Shown here one piece after another: positions 40,501 to 52,879 of a stretch of 64,000 nucleotides of DNA. The stretch's first letter is position 1, and each line of letters begins with the position of its first letter. The notes beneath the pieces were generated by a model. The model ran no database searches, was not told where the DNA came from, and worked only from the letters and a program-made list of their open reading frames with translations. Both the position numbers and the translations under genes were made by a program. This DNA is from Azolla caroliniana. Its lineage: Eukaryota; Plantae; Polypodiophyta. The DNA lies in the NCBI GenBank assembly GCA_043228905.1, contig JBHGNT010000022.1:8990001-9054000 (forward strand). The letters run 5' to 3'.

Positions 40501-41173
40501 GTTTATTTCGAAGTGTAGATGGTATTCTGATTAGTATCTAAAATTACGGTTCTTTTGGTGCTTCTCCCTATATTTGACTCTTACTTACAATCTTACCTTT
40601 GATTACTTTAGATATTTTCGTATTCTCCGAAAAGTGTTGAGAGCTGGAAAGGACAGAAATTACTGCCCAGGGCAGAATTTCATGTCGGTGCCCACATTTC
40701 AAAATTTCTTCGCTTACCTATGCTACCCACTACTAGTTCAACCCGCACAAACAGATATGCTCTTCTTTTTGGAACCCTAGATGGAAGCATCGGGTGTATT
40801 GCACCACTCGATGAGCTTACATTTAGGCGGTTACAGACTCTTCAAGGAAAGTTGGTAGATGCTGTTTCTCATGTTGCCGGTTTGAATCCTAAATCATTTA
40901 GACAATTCAAAGCATGTGGTGAAACACATATGCCAGGTCCAGATAATCTCGTGGACTGTGAGCTTCTTTTCCAGTACGTATGCATAAATGATTAAAATGC
41001 CATCAAAGCTTTGTTCCTATGATAATCTCAGTTAACTTGATAGTTTTGTTTACTGCAGTTATGAAATGCTGCCACTGAAAGAACAACTTGAGATGGCGCA
41101 TCAGATTGGTACAACTCGCTCTCAGATCCTCGCGAATCTTAATGATCTAACTGTTAGCACCAACTTCTTATAG
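28557..41173 (+). CDS. CPSF160: Cleavage and polyadenylation specificity factor subunit 1 (CPSF160), 26 exons: 28557-28972, 30285-30431, 30516-30669, 31562-31697, 31905-32050, 32137-32232, 32313-32365, 33448-33579, 33724-33775, 33855-33947, 34041-34178, 34262-34393, 35310-35387, 35774-35917, 36651-36745, 36957-37159, 37232-37989, 38140-38220, 38306-38368, 38465-38542, 38909-39130, 39592-39717, 39797-39970, 40072-40257, 40612-40973, 41059-41173
   Basis: MSYAAYKLSHAPTGVENC, LHGNVESM, GPLVRADPQGRC, GYIEP, FLGSRLGDSL, CCSGHGKNGAL, GEDVPARGR, KNFVLFGDIHKSIYFL, AGLNPKSFR, QIGTTRSQILANL. Splice sites traced by hand keep the frame to TAG 41171-41173. Confidence 0.96.
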
Positions 41174-43434
41174 TTAAGATTATGTAATTTATGAAATGCT
41201 GAGTCATTAAAACAGAATTTTCTCAGATATGCAAACTTGTATTGCTGAGCAATATAGAAACACCATGGTAGTGGTTTTGGTCCCATTGTGTACCTGTCTT
41301 CTTTTCTATTTTTGTTATCGAATATGATGTAGAAAAAGGCATGTGGATTCTTATCATAGAATGTTTCATAAATAAGAGCAGATTTATATAAAGCTGAAAT
41401 GTAATACAAATTTGGTGGCTGCCCTAGTGACATGCGAAATAATGTGGTAACATATTGTTTCTTTCAGCATAGTATTTGATTGGTTTCTTGGTCATGTTGA
41501 ACCCTTGTTATGATAAGCCTAGTTTGAAAAGTTTTAAGGCTAATATTTCTCAATTGAAAATTCGTCATTTCTTATTCAAAATAACATGTTCATCTCTTGA
41601 AGGTTCATGATATGGAAATTGATTAGTAGCTTGGTTACGTCTATTTCTCTTGAAGGGTATGACAATGTTATCTCATAGAATACAGTGCTGTAACAAGAAA
41701 GTTCATTTCTTTTGGAACCTGAACTAACTCAAGTAATTGTAGGCAAAACTTGTGTTTGACTACTGCATACGATGCATAACATCTTCAGTTGAACCAGTCA
41801 AATGATGAGTTGCTTCGTTAGATTGTGAACCAGAAACGAATTAGATTGAGTTCTCAGGTATCATGATAAAACAGAACCTTTTCAGGCAGTCAATCCCCTT
41901 AATGATATTATCTAAATCTAGCACAAGGTAGCTGAAACGTTCCCAAGAATGAACACAACTAGAAGCTCTTATGGAACTAATGAAAATAAGCCTTAGTAGA
42001 GTTGCAGACAACAGGGTGAATCTCAATGTGTCTCTTATCATTGGCACAACACATCAGGAGGGTTTTAGAGCGTTGTGAATTTGGAAGGAACTTTAAAACC
42101 AAATAGAAATAGGAGTGTCCGTTTGGAATTCTAGTTACTATTTGCGTTTGAATATCATGATTCATAATTATATTGGTGTGAATTTCCTTCATTTGAAGCT
42201 TGCTGGAAGCCCTAAAAATAGAAAGTGTGATAATACATAGAGATGAAATTTGGTTCGTGCAATATGAAAAAGCATTTATCTAATTTAACAATAGGTTTTG
42301 AGCATTCATGATCTCTAATGTGAAATTACAAAACTTCACAGGCTATTTCTTATAATGAAAAGTGAAATAATGTAGAAACAAATTCCCCATTTCTATAGCA
42401 AATCTAACATTCCAATTGTTGTGGTATAGACAGTGGGTAGAAATGAGTATTCAGCTATAATTTTAAGCATTCACTTTATGGATCGACCAAAGAAAAAAAT
42501 CTATTGAAGAGGACACTTGACGGAGAATTCTATTTTGATGAAGAAGTTATACACCAACTCCAAGACCCCATAAAGAAACATGAACATGTGGTTCATATAA
42601 TAACAGGAATAAAATGGGCTGTTTACAGATGGCAAGGTCATTATTACAGAGAAGAGACCCCCATGAAATCTTATGCTTGATTGACTATATGGGATTGGAA
42701 CAGCTCTCCAAAATAGATGCGGCATATCCTGAAGATACCTTCAAGGACACAGATACTGCTATGTATAAACTCTTTGACACACAAGGATATAAACAGGAGT
42801 CAATATGCCATTCCTAACCATGCATACCAATTATTTGAGATTTTGCACTGTTTAAAAAGAAGCTTTATTATAGAATGTTTGTTGTGCCAACGAACATAGA
42901 TGCACCTTATATAATAAACAATGGCATATTTCATTTCAATCCTTTCTTATCCTACAAGAAGTCATACAAGGGCTGTCGAAGTCATATACCTTTCCACAGA
43001 TTGCAGATGGCAATGCAGACGTAGTAATAATAAAATTTCAACTTTTCAGAATCATTATCTTTCTTTGGATGTCAAAGCTGGTAAATTTCCTTTACAGCTA
43101 TAACTTGTTAAATCTCATATTGTTATTAAATCTCATATACAATTGATGCAACAGTAGTAATAAGATCACCCAGCATCATACTATGAGGTTCTATTTGAAC
43201 TGAAGCTATAGTTTTTCTGTAGTAGGTCTGATAACTTTTGCAATGTCCTTATAAGCGATCCCTGCAAGATATATTATTCTTACCAAGGAAAAATATGCAT
43301 TGCAAAAGGCAGACAATTCTGCATGTAAAAACTATGAATGAGGCCATGCAGAAATGCTGCATTCTTTTGTGTTCTGTGATAGGCTTCTGACAAATGGTCT
43401 ATAAATTCTCCAACTTTTGAAAGCACTGCTGGGA

Positions 43435-46400
43435 TCATTGGATCGCACAAGTGCAAAACGAAAATAAGTCATCATTATCATTGTCTGATTCATCTGAATC
43501 ACTGTAACATCAGAAAATATGTTAAGTTAGATCCCCAAATCAAATGTATGAAGCAAATTAATTAAGAGACTTGTTAAGTCAACAAGCATGGACTATTTTT
43601 GTTTTATAGAATGTATGAGCTTAGAGAAATTGTATTATAAGCTTGCTAGAAGTCTAAAACTCATACAAATCTTCTATATAATGTACACCATAAGGAATTC
43701 GTGACTGAGCCACAAGAATTTTGACAGAAGAAAACAAGAATGCAAGATAAAAAAACACCGAAATAAATAAGTCAGCCAAGATAGTAAGTAATATTATCAT
43801 CGATTAAAAGAAGAATGACCTATGAGACAAAATCAGTTTTAAATGACTGTATAATATGATGAATAATCTATAAACAAATGAAAATCTAAAATTGATGTGC
43901 GTCCTCAGTATGTCCCTCATTGGATATTCTAGCTCAAACAGGTTAGCATGGACAATGGCTCCCATAACAACCAAATGCTGACCTTTATCTTTGAGGTTGT
44001 GAACAAAGTTCCTGATTGAGGTTGAGGCTGTTTTGTGCAACAGATTCTAGGGTAACCCCTCCAGGGCATACTTTACTACGTATAAGCTCTGGGGTTGTTC
44101 TCTGTCTTTCTGGGTTGGTAGAAGAAGAGCTGATGGGTTTCATGGTTGAAAATAGGGTTCATACATTAAAGGTACAACGAGAATATATTCTGACTCAAGG
44201 ATATCGAGAAAGGATACTTGATCTTGTACAACTGTATTTCTACGCTTGGTCAAAAAACTGATTTCCTAATCTCATTGAAAGGTGATTAGAGAATCAATTC
44301 CCTAACTTTGAAACAGTTGAAAATTTACCGACTGATAAAAGCTAGAGATGATGTAGTTCAGAGTTGTTTGCAAGCTTTACATAACAAAGTGTCTTGCCCT
44401 CCAACCAACCATCTTATTCTGCAACCAGCCTTCTGTTTTTTGTATTAGGGATGTAACCAAGTAGTGGTAAGCCAAGCTTTTACTAAACCTATGCACGTGG
44501 GCCTTTATTTTACATATGAACTAGTTTATTAGATGCCACCACTGAAACTAGGGGTTGAACACATGCCAGTCTTCACGGGACAACCTCACCAACTGAACTA
44601 CAACCATCTGGGCTCCAACTAACCTTCCAAGAAGGCAAGAACATGCAAAATTTTACAAACACGGTATTATAGCTATTCAGCATCATGCAAGAATATTGTG
44701 GTTGCACTGAGATCAGTGGATTTGACAAGATCGGAGCTTCTTTGGTAATTTTGAATAGTAAAGGTGCAAGCAGATGCCTAGGTCCAAAAAAGTCCACTCA
44801 CAGGATACATGAATACCCTGTCCTGTCTATGTTGCAGGCAGAAGCAGAGTAGTGCTCGCCAATAAACTTATTGCATGTGCAAGCCAAAATGTGAAGTAGT
44901 TAACTCCCTTCGAAATCCAAAGATATTAATCACAATGATGTGCATAAGAACTCAACTCTGAGATCCATTGCTTCTTGAAGGAGTCACATACACTATGCGA
45001 GTCAAAATATGAGAATTGAGGTAGGAACTCATCTACGACTGCAACATTGAATATAAATTGCTCATAAAAGAAGACAACTAGGAACCAATCTCAAAGGAAC
45101 TCCATCAAACCAACACTATGGCCTTTCTGTGGATTATCACTTCCCAATGAGTTTATGGACAGGTTTGGAGAGACCTTAATACATTAGAATCACTTTCTCA
45201 CGACATGGATAGAAAATATGCATTATCACTTGCACCTTTCCTTTTCACTTGAACTCCCTTTACACCTATTTCGAATAATTGAATATTTACAATTTAAATG
45301 TATTTTAAGCCTTCAAAAAGCATAATCTTGTAAGGTCAAGTGAACTCTCAGCTTATGTTGTACCTCAGCTCTTTCTTATGTTCCCGGTTAATGTAATTTT
45401 TTTTTACTGGGGTCTAAGCAAATAAAAGTGATTAGCAAACATGTCTCACGGTTCATCCTATAAAGTTGGAGAAACATCGGCAATCAGATGAGTGAAATGC
45501 CCCTAAAACTAATTATCTGAATGGGAATTTCTCTAGAACTAATAAAGCAGTACAACAAAAGCTCATTCATTCAGTATTTTCTTGGGCCAACTTTGGACTC
45601 TATGCCACATCAATTCATACATATGCATATAGTATTAGGCAGGCTATGTGTGTGTGTGTATGTGTATAATTAAAATTAAGGGGATATTTACTTAAAGAAG
45701 CAGGTTTGTGGCCAGAATTTTTCATAGTAAGCATATTAAATATATGGGGCCTTCTGAATTACAGCATCTATGTTGGTAGTCAAGGACTTTGTGCATATTA
45801 CAATGTGCATAATTTAAGTCACTTCCTCAGGCATAGACCTGAACATTGATTGAATAGAATCTAGAATTCAAAAAATTTGATGATGCTTTATTTGTCTCAC
45901 AAGAATCAATTTGCATATGTTATACAAATTGACACTCATGAAATCATCTCCTATAGGCTATAACCAATCGTGGTGTAGGTCCTCTAAATACAACACAAAA
46001 GATGATTTTGCAAAGAAATCATAATTAGTAAGCTATTCTTCTTTTCTTCAGAGTGCATGTAAATATTAAACCATAAGGTTTTGATATAAGACATGAAAGA
46101 CTCCAGTATGGACATATAAACACTGGCACCATGTACCACTAAAAGTAACCATAAAGCAACATAAGGGAAAGAATGGAAATACCTTGGCTCAAACACTTTC
46201 ACTTCAGCAAGTTTCTTGCCGTGGTTGTCCTGCCACATTATAGAGCGTTTCTCAATAAGTTGCGTAGCACCACTCTCAACTTCATTCTTGTCCATGGGTT
46301 TGGCATCATCTTGCATTACCCGAGTTCTACTCTTGGACCACTTCATGCTACTTTTGAGGGGAGGACCAATTTTCACCATTGGGATATCAGAATGAGATTC

Positions 46401-46610
46401 TGAAGTTTCAAGTGGTAAGAAAGCATCCCGAGGAGGGGGAGGTGGAAGCTGCTGGGAAACCATGGGTGCCGATGCAGCATCACCATTCCAGTTAGAAGGA
46501 TGAATGTGAACAGGTTCCACCTTGAAGGAGGTTGCTTCTTGGCTCCCCCCCACACATAGGCAGCACAAAAAAGAGGCACACCTATGCACGAAGCTCTTTG
46601 AGGACGCCAG
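43435..46610 (-). CDS. Uncharacterised plant protein with RVxF-like motif, acidic tail and CaaX box; join(46610..46183,43501..43435); start unresolved
   Basis: LASSKSFVHRCASFLCC...PLKSSMK...KRSIMWQDNHGKKLAEVKVFEP|SDSDESDNDNDDLFSFCTCAIQ*. GT-AG intron 46182-43502 keeps the frame. Architecture recalls a conserved plant family (QLAS..CASF, LKSSLK, VQW.D..G..L.E...FE.S, C-terminal CxCxIx), recalled from memory. Confidence 0.8.
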
Positions 46611-47634
46611 CTGAAAGATTATGTGACAATAAACCAATAAAAAGAGAAGGCCAAATTTCTTGTTGCTGCTTTTGATTTTTTTCAGCTGCTAAATGTCTTT
46701 TATGCGTTCTTTGCCCTTCAATCACTTTTATTCTTATGCTTCTTTGGCCTTTCAAGCATTGTTCGGTTTCTTCGTGTTTCAACAAGTGGATTCAACTAAT
46801 GGAAAGATTTCCTGCTTTTCAACCAATGGACAGTTTTTTTACATTCTTTGGCTTTCAACCAACGCAAAGATTTCTTCTTCTTGCCCTGCTATTAATGGAA
46901 ATCTTTTCAGCTTCGTTCCTTTTCTTCCAATGGGAAGGGATGCTTTATACTTTAACTTTCAAGGGAACATTTTGTTTCAGTGTAGTTTCTTCCTTCCAAG
47001 TCAAATGGTTACTATTTTACTGCAGTGAAGGTTGTCTTCTACATGAATGCATTTATCGTATTGCATCCATCCATGGAAGAAAAGATGATCCATTACATCC
47101 GAAAGTAAGGCATAGATCTCCAATTCTTGTCATTGATCACCAAATTGATCATCAATCCTCTATTGGTCCTGCCATGATGCATGCTTGGGAGAATTTATCC
47201 TGCAGAAAAGCATAAGAAAACGCCTCTGGTAACAGGATCTATACATTTCCATAACCAAAGAACACGGAACAATAACGAGCATGGAGGCAGGATGAAGCGA
47301 TGTATTGTTTCTGCAGTGTGTCCGGGGGCGCGATTGTATTCTTAGCTGAGTGGCAAAAGCAAAAAGAAAAAAGAAAAAAGAAGAAGAAGAAGCATGGGAA
47401 AACGCAGAATTTTGAGTCAAAACAAGCCAGGAATGAGGAAAAGAGTGGAAACAGAACGAGAGGAGACATCGAGAGAGGGGGAAGGGGAGTAATAAGGCGG
47501 AAACGTTTGGGAAAAGGGAGATAGAAGGGATGTATGTAAAGGAGAAGGAGAGGCAGAACACCTGTGTTGATTTGTTCCTTTCTTGCTCGAGTCTGGTTGT
47601 TTTTTTTTTCCCTCCTGCACAGACAAAGACGAGG

Positions 47635-47672
47635 ACGGCGATGGCGATGGCGATGGCGATGGCGATGGCGAT
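47635..47672. repeat. (ATGGCG)n hexanucleotide microsatellite in the presumed first exon of the minus-strand gene
   Basis: About 6 perfect units. Confidence 0.9.
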
Positions 47673-47804
47673 GATCTCCTCCTCCTTCTTCAGCATATGC
47701 TTTCGATCCTCTCTGCCTGCCTCTGCCTCGTCCCGACCAGAGAAAAGAAAAGGCACCGCACAGAGACAGAGATACAGAGAGAGAGAGAGAGAGAAGAGAG
47801 AGAG

Positions 47805-48085
47805 GGATGAAACGAAATGAAAATGAAATGAAAACGAAATGAAAACGAAATGAAAATGTAATGAAAGCGAAATGAAAATGTAATGAAAACGAAATGAAAA
47901 TGAAATGCGAAATTGAAATGAAATTGAAATGCGAAATGGGGAACGAAAGGAGACGGAAGGAGAGAGACCAAAACGAAGGGAGAAAGAAAGAAAGAAAAGC
48001 CTTATTATTATTAATTATTAATTATTAATTAATAATTATTAATTATTATTCTTCTCTTCTTCTTCTTTAAAAAAAAAAAAAAAAA
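47805..48085. repeat. Low-complexity (GAAAT/GAAAAT)n, (TTA)n and poly-A tracts in the promoter region of the minus-strand gene
   Basis: Visible simple repeats. Confidence 0.8.
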
Positions 48086-50669
48086 CCTCCTTCCATTATG
48101 TAGTTATAAATGTATTATTCTTCTCTTTGTTTTATGTACATAAATTCTCAATCAATTATAAGAAGAAGAACAAACAACAACAAATAGTATTAATAATTAA
48201 TGAATAATCAGCTGTTGATACCAGTCATTCAATTTTTTGTACCCATTGAAAACACATTCCTTCCTTATCTTATTTGATCAAGAAAATCCCGCCTTGCCCG
48301 CCCAATCACATCTTCTCTCCTCCGGCATTTCATGATTCATCGGCGGACACGTGTGTCGACTTTTCAATTACCAATGACATTTGGCTTTGTATTATATTAT
48401 TCTCCTGGTTAACGCGTGCTTAGTGCCCACTCGATCATTAAAGCATCATAGTCATGGGTATTTTATTTAATCTCTAACTTTGACGTGATAAGTAACGCCT
48501 CAAACTTGACCCCCCCCCCCTTCGAGCATATAAACATAGTTTTGGTAAAAATCAAACATGCTTTTTGGAGCATATTCAGAGGTTGTTCCCCCCATATATA
48601 TATTCTCTTTTTACACAACTAGTCATCTTCTAAAATGCATCCCATTACCTTGAGATCACAGACAATTCTTTTTTAATTGCAAGATGCTGCTTCACACCGC
48701 ATAATATTTGGAAGAATATTCAGAGTTGTTGAGTGGAATGTGTAGTAGCCTTAATGCAAACCGTCATGATGACTCTGCATAACATCTATATTCATTAAGA
48801 CGCGGTTCATCAAGTTAAGTCTTCATTTCATGATTACGATGATAAGGTTAAGGGCCATTCATAGTCCATGTTAATTACAAGGGAAATTTGTTGTGAACCA
48901 CCAAGTAAAATGTTGCTCATACTATGGATACTATTGGCATAAATGATCGAAAATGATTTATGCACATGTTATCCACGTGTATGTAATTGAAAGACGCACA
49001 AGCTACATAACCCGCATATCGTGCCATTGGTTTGTTTATGTGAAGTTCAACACACCATATTTGGAGGAGAGTTACTTTTCTTTGTTGACTTCATTACCAA
49101 AAAGAACATTTTTGTTTTCCATTGCAAAGCTATGTCATTGTGGTTTAAATGCCCAATAATGGATTTTTGCCCTTTTTCATTAAATAATGATTGTTGATAA
49201 GGAACTCACTCATATTGACGCGACACATACAATCATTTAAACATATAGCATCAAAGCAGTTATATCAGAGATCCATTTGCTTAGAATTTTAATAACTTAT
49301 TCTACGACATGAAGTTGACTTTATATATCATCGATAATCACAGCCCTCATTGTGTGGTTGCATATTCCATGTGTGTGCAAGGAGCATATTTATGTGCAGT
49401 ACTAAAGATTGACTTTACGTGACCGAGTCATAAGTGGCACAAGTGCACAATGATCCCATATTCCACAAATAGATTTTGGGCGTTTTAATATGAAACTAAA
49501 GATTTATGCAAATGTTTGCAATTAGAACACCACAAAAAGTTGCGATTCCCTTCTATTATAAAGAATTGCCCTCCAAATTTCCTTTATTTCCTCGATTCCC
49601 TTTTTCATTATTTTCTCAAATGCCTTTAGGTAACCTTGAAAGAACAATTATTTGATCAATTTATATGGTCAATTCATCCTACATTTGTAAAACATGTGTC
49701 TTTTTTTGACAATGTATATCGTTAATTCATATTCCATTTCTCACATTTAAGGCTTGACCAAGGGCATTTCGAAGTTTTCTGCTTGAATAACATTTCACAA
49801 TCTTTATTCCCTTGTTTTTTTATAAGTAGTTATTAGAAGTTGTCAATGGTCATGATCTTGATATACTAGTGCTTTACAACATGTAAGAAACAAATGATTA
49901 ATCTAATATTGAATGCACCATAACATTATATATTACACCATGCATTTTCATATATTAACATTTGAAATGGAAGGTAACCAACCTTTGAATTGTTTTATTG
50001 TGAAATACTTAAGATCTTAACTCAAAAACTTGTCTATTCCATTTCAATGTTTATGTTTATATAGCTTTAGTTGGACACTTATGTATGATAGTTCTTGGCT
50101 AGTTACAAGCGGTTCTTGGTCTTGTCATAACCACCTTAACTTGATCATGTTGGTATTAATGACTATGACTATGGTTAACTTAATTCAAGTGTAGTTAGGA
50201 TGGTTTGTGGTAGTACCACATTTCCACCCCAAACAGGAAACATTGTCGTGTGATAATTGCGAGAGGAGGTCTTCAATCTTCAGTGGTAGCTACTGTGTAG
50301 TGGTGGCGGTGATTGGCAGGCAGAACAACTTCATGTGTGAAATGTGTACTGAGGTGGAGCAATTGGAGTCACATTGCGATACGTAGGTCGTATTACGCAC
50401 ATGTTTTGTGACTGTGAATAGATCAACCCATTGATGCATGAACGATTGATGTCGGATGGGAAAACAGATGAGAGTTTTGGCACCTTTTGTGTATGTCATG
50501 TCATGGCACCTCTTATTGTATGCCTTTTTCAGTAGCTATTATGGGATGCTTAGGTTACATAATGGTGGATCACTTGTTAGAATAGTGGTTGACTTTGTCA
50601 CCGGTAAAGCCACCAATTGGTACACACAGGTTCTTGATGAGTTAGGACAGTAAGTAGACGAGAAAGATG

Positions 50670-51190
50670 TGTTGAAATATTCACACGGTATACAAAAAAC
50701 AACAAAATACACAGTACACAGTTTTACGTGGAAACCCTAGACAGGGGAAAACCATGGGAATAGATATTCCACTATATTAACAGGAGTACAAAGAGAAAAA
50801 GATTACAAATCTCTGAAACTCAGAGAATACCCCTTAGGGTTTTAGGGCAAGTTCCACAGAATTGTGCTGCCGCTCACTCGTGCGCTCTTACTTCTCTCTC
50901 TCTTACTCTGTTGCCTTCTATATATATATATATAGATAGATAGATAGATAGAAGCTCTTCGTTATGTTCTCCACTACATACAATAACACTATATTTTCCC
51001 TAGGTGTATTTATAGTCATACATAGTATGGGTTATTTACAAACATAACTTTCATTATTATTAATCTCACTTGATCAACCGACTAATCGATTCCTATGTCA
51101 ATTTTCCAGTCAGCCCGACTAGCCGACTCCCATGTCGGCTATCCAGTTGACCCGACTAGTCAGCCTTCTCCTTGACCTAGAGCATCCATG
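50670..51190 (-). mobile_element. Copia-type solo LTR or LTR fragment
   Basis: Begins TGTTGAAAT and shares acacagttttacgtggaaaccct..gggaaaaccatggg with the young copia LTR (acacaatttaacgtggaaaaccct..gggaaaaaccacggg). Right end and TSD not resolved. Confidence 0.55.
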
Positions 51191-51211
51191 ATGTAGTCGA
51201 CTATCATAATC

Positions 51212-51212
<1 letters not shown>

Positions 51213-51270
<58 letters not shown>

Positions 51271-51280
51271 CCCCCCCCCC
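51213..51280. repeat. (CT)n plus poly-C microsatellite
   Basis: Pure runs. Confidence 0.95.
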
Positions 51281-51329
51281 TTCAAAGCAGTTGACAACCC
51301 TATCAACTCGTTGGTCGATCCGACCGACC

Positions 51330-51725
51330 ATCTAGTGTCGACTGCCGATTTCTCTCATAGGCACTGATTGTCGACTTCTCCCATAGGAGGGACATATTCC
51401 TAACAGTTCTTTGAGTCGGCTGATTCGTGCAAAGACTTGAACTGAAGTGTTATATGCATGGACAATGAATGATAAAATTTGGTCCCATGTTTGATGCAAG
51501 GGATCGATGAAAGCCACAATTTCCTATTTACATGTTTTGTTAGTCCATTGCTTTGTGGAGGATGTAAAACTTTCATGGATCCCAGTACGTGTCGACCGAA
51601 TAATAGGGACCTCACTTTGAAATTGGGAGCCTTGATCGGACAAAAGTTGTAGTTGGTATCCGCATTGGAATATAACGCATTGTAGTAATTCGGAGGTGAT
51701 TGTTATGTTTGGGATTGGGGAGGCT
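51330..51725 (-). pseudogene. Ty3/gypsy integrase relic
   Basis: LLSDQGSQFQS, HPPQSNGLTKHVNRKL and WDQILSFIVHAYNTSVQ across three frames. Confidence 0.8.
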
Positions 51726-51800
51726 TGTTGAGATATCAAGCTCAACTAGTTTAATCTAGTTAGTCAACACATGTAACTTAGTAGTTACCTAGATCGAGTC

Positions 51801-52875
51801 TAGTTAATGTGTTGACCTTAAGCCTTTAAATAGGACCTTGTACTTAAGTGGGATATTCTAGATCCTCCACTCCTTAGTACATTTAATGTAGGACTTACAC
51901 ATAAGTACCTATGTTCTACCCACACATGTGCACCTTTGCACATGGGTTGTATATATACCTCATTGTGGGTATTTTTGTAGGTTGACGACACTTTTCAATA
52001 TAGTCAATCATCCCCCATTTATCTTTGTGTTCAAGTGTAACTTCCTCTCTCTCTCTCTCTTCCTCTCACACACTCTCACGCGCATATCATACTAATCTTC
52101 CGCTACTTAACGTAACCATATAATTAGTCTCTAATTAACCCTAGTTAATTACCTAATTACTTAACATGGTATCATAGCGTGTGGTTTAGGAAATCCACTA
52201 AGCCCACCGCTTATTCGTGATTGTGTGTTTGAGATGCCAACGACAAATTCCGGCTATTCGCTATCCGCTACCGTAGTGCCGCTACAAAGGACGTGTACGC
52301 AACCAAGAGAAGAAAAACAAAACGGAAGACACAACAATAGTTAATGTGTTGACCTTAAGCCTTTAAATAGGACCTTGTACTTAAGTGGGATATTCTAGAT
52401 CCTCCACTCCTTAGTACATTTAATGTAGGACTTACACATAAGTACCTATGTTCTACCCACACATGTGCACCTTTGCACATGGGTTGTATATATACCTCAT
52501 TGTGGGTATTTTTGTAGGTTGACGACACTTTTCAATATAGTCAATCATCCCCCATTTATCTTTGTGTTCAAGTGTAACTTCCTCTCTCTCTCTCTCTTCC
52601 TCTCACACACTCTCACGCGCATATCATACTAATCTTCCGCTACTTAACGTAACCATATAATTAGTCTCTAATTAACCCTAGTTAATTACCTAATTACTTA
52701 ACATGGTATCATAGCGTGTGGTTTAGGAAATCCACTAAGCCCACCGCTTATTCGTGATTGTGTGTTCGAGATGCCAACGACAAATTCCGGCTATTCGCTA
52801 TCCGCTACCGTAGTGCCGCTACGAAGGACGTGTACGCAACCAAGAGAAGAAAAACAAAACGGAAGACACAACAAT
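51801..52875. repeat. Direct tandem duplication, 537-bp unit x2 (most of the LTR, PBS and leader)
   Basis: tagttaatgtgttgacc at 51801 and 52338. Copies differ at two CpG sites (tttgag/ttcgag, tacaa/tacga). Confidence 0.95.
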
Positions 52876-52879
52876 CAAC

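Noticed and set aside
41700-45950. Short ORFs in the intergenic region and long intron (e.g. 42614..42817, 44016..44261)
   Set aside because: No recognisable domains or consistent splice structure; may be very old TE debris.
48400-50650. Possible decayed DNA transposon or Helitron
   Set aside because: No diagnostic motif, TIR or TSD could be read with confidence.
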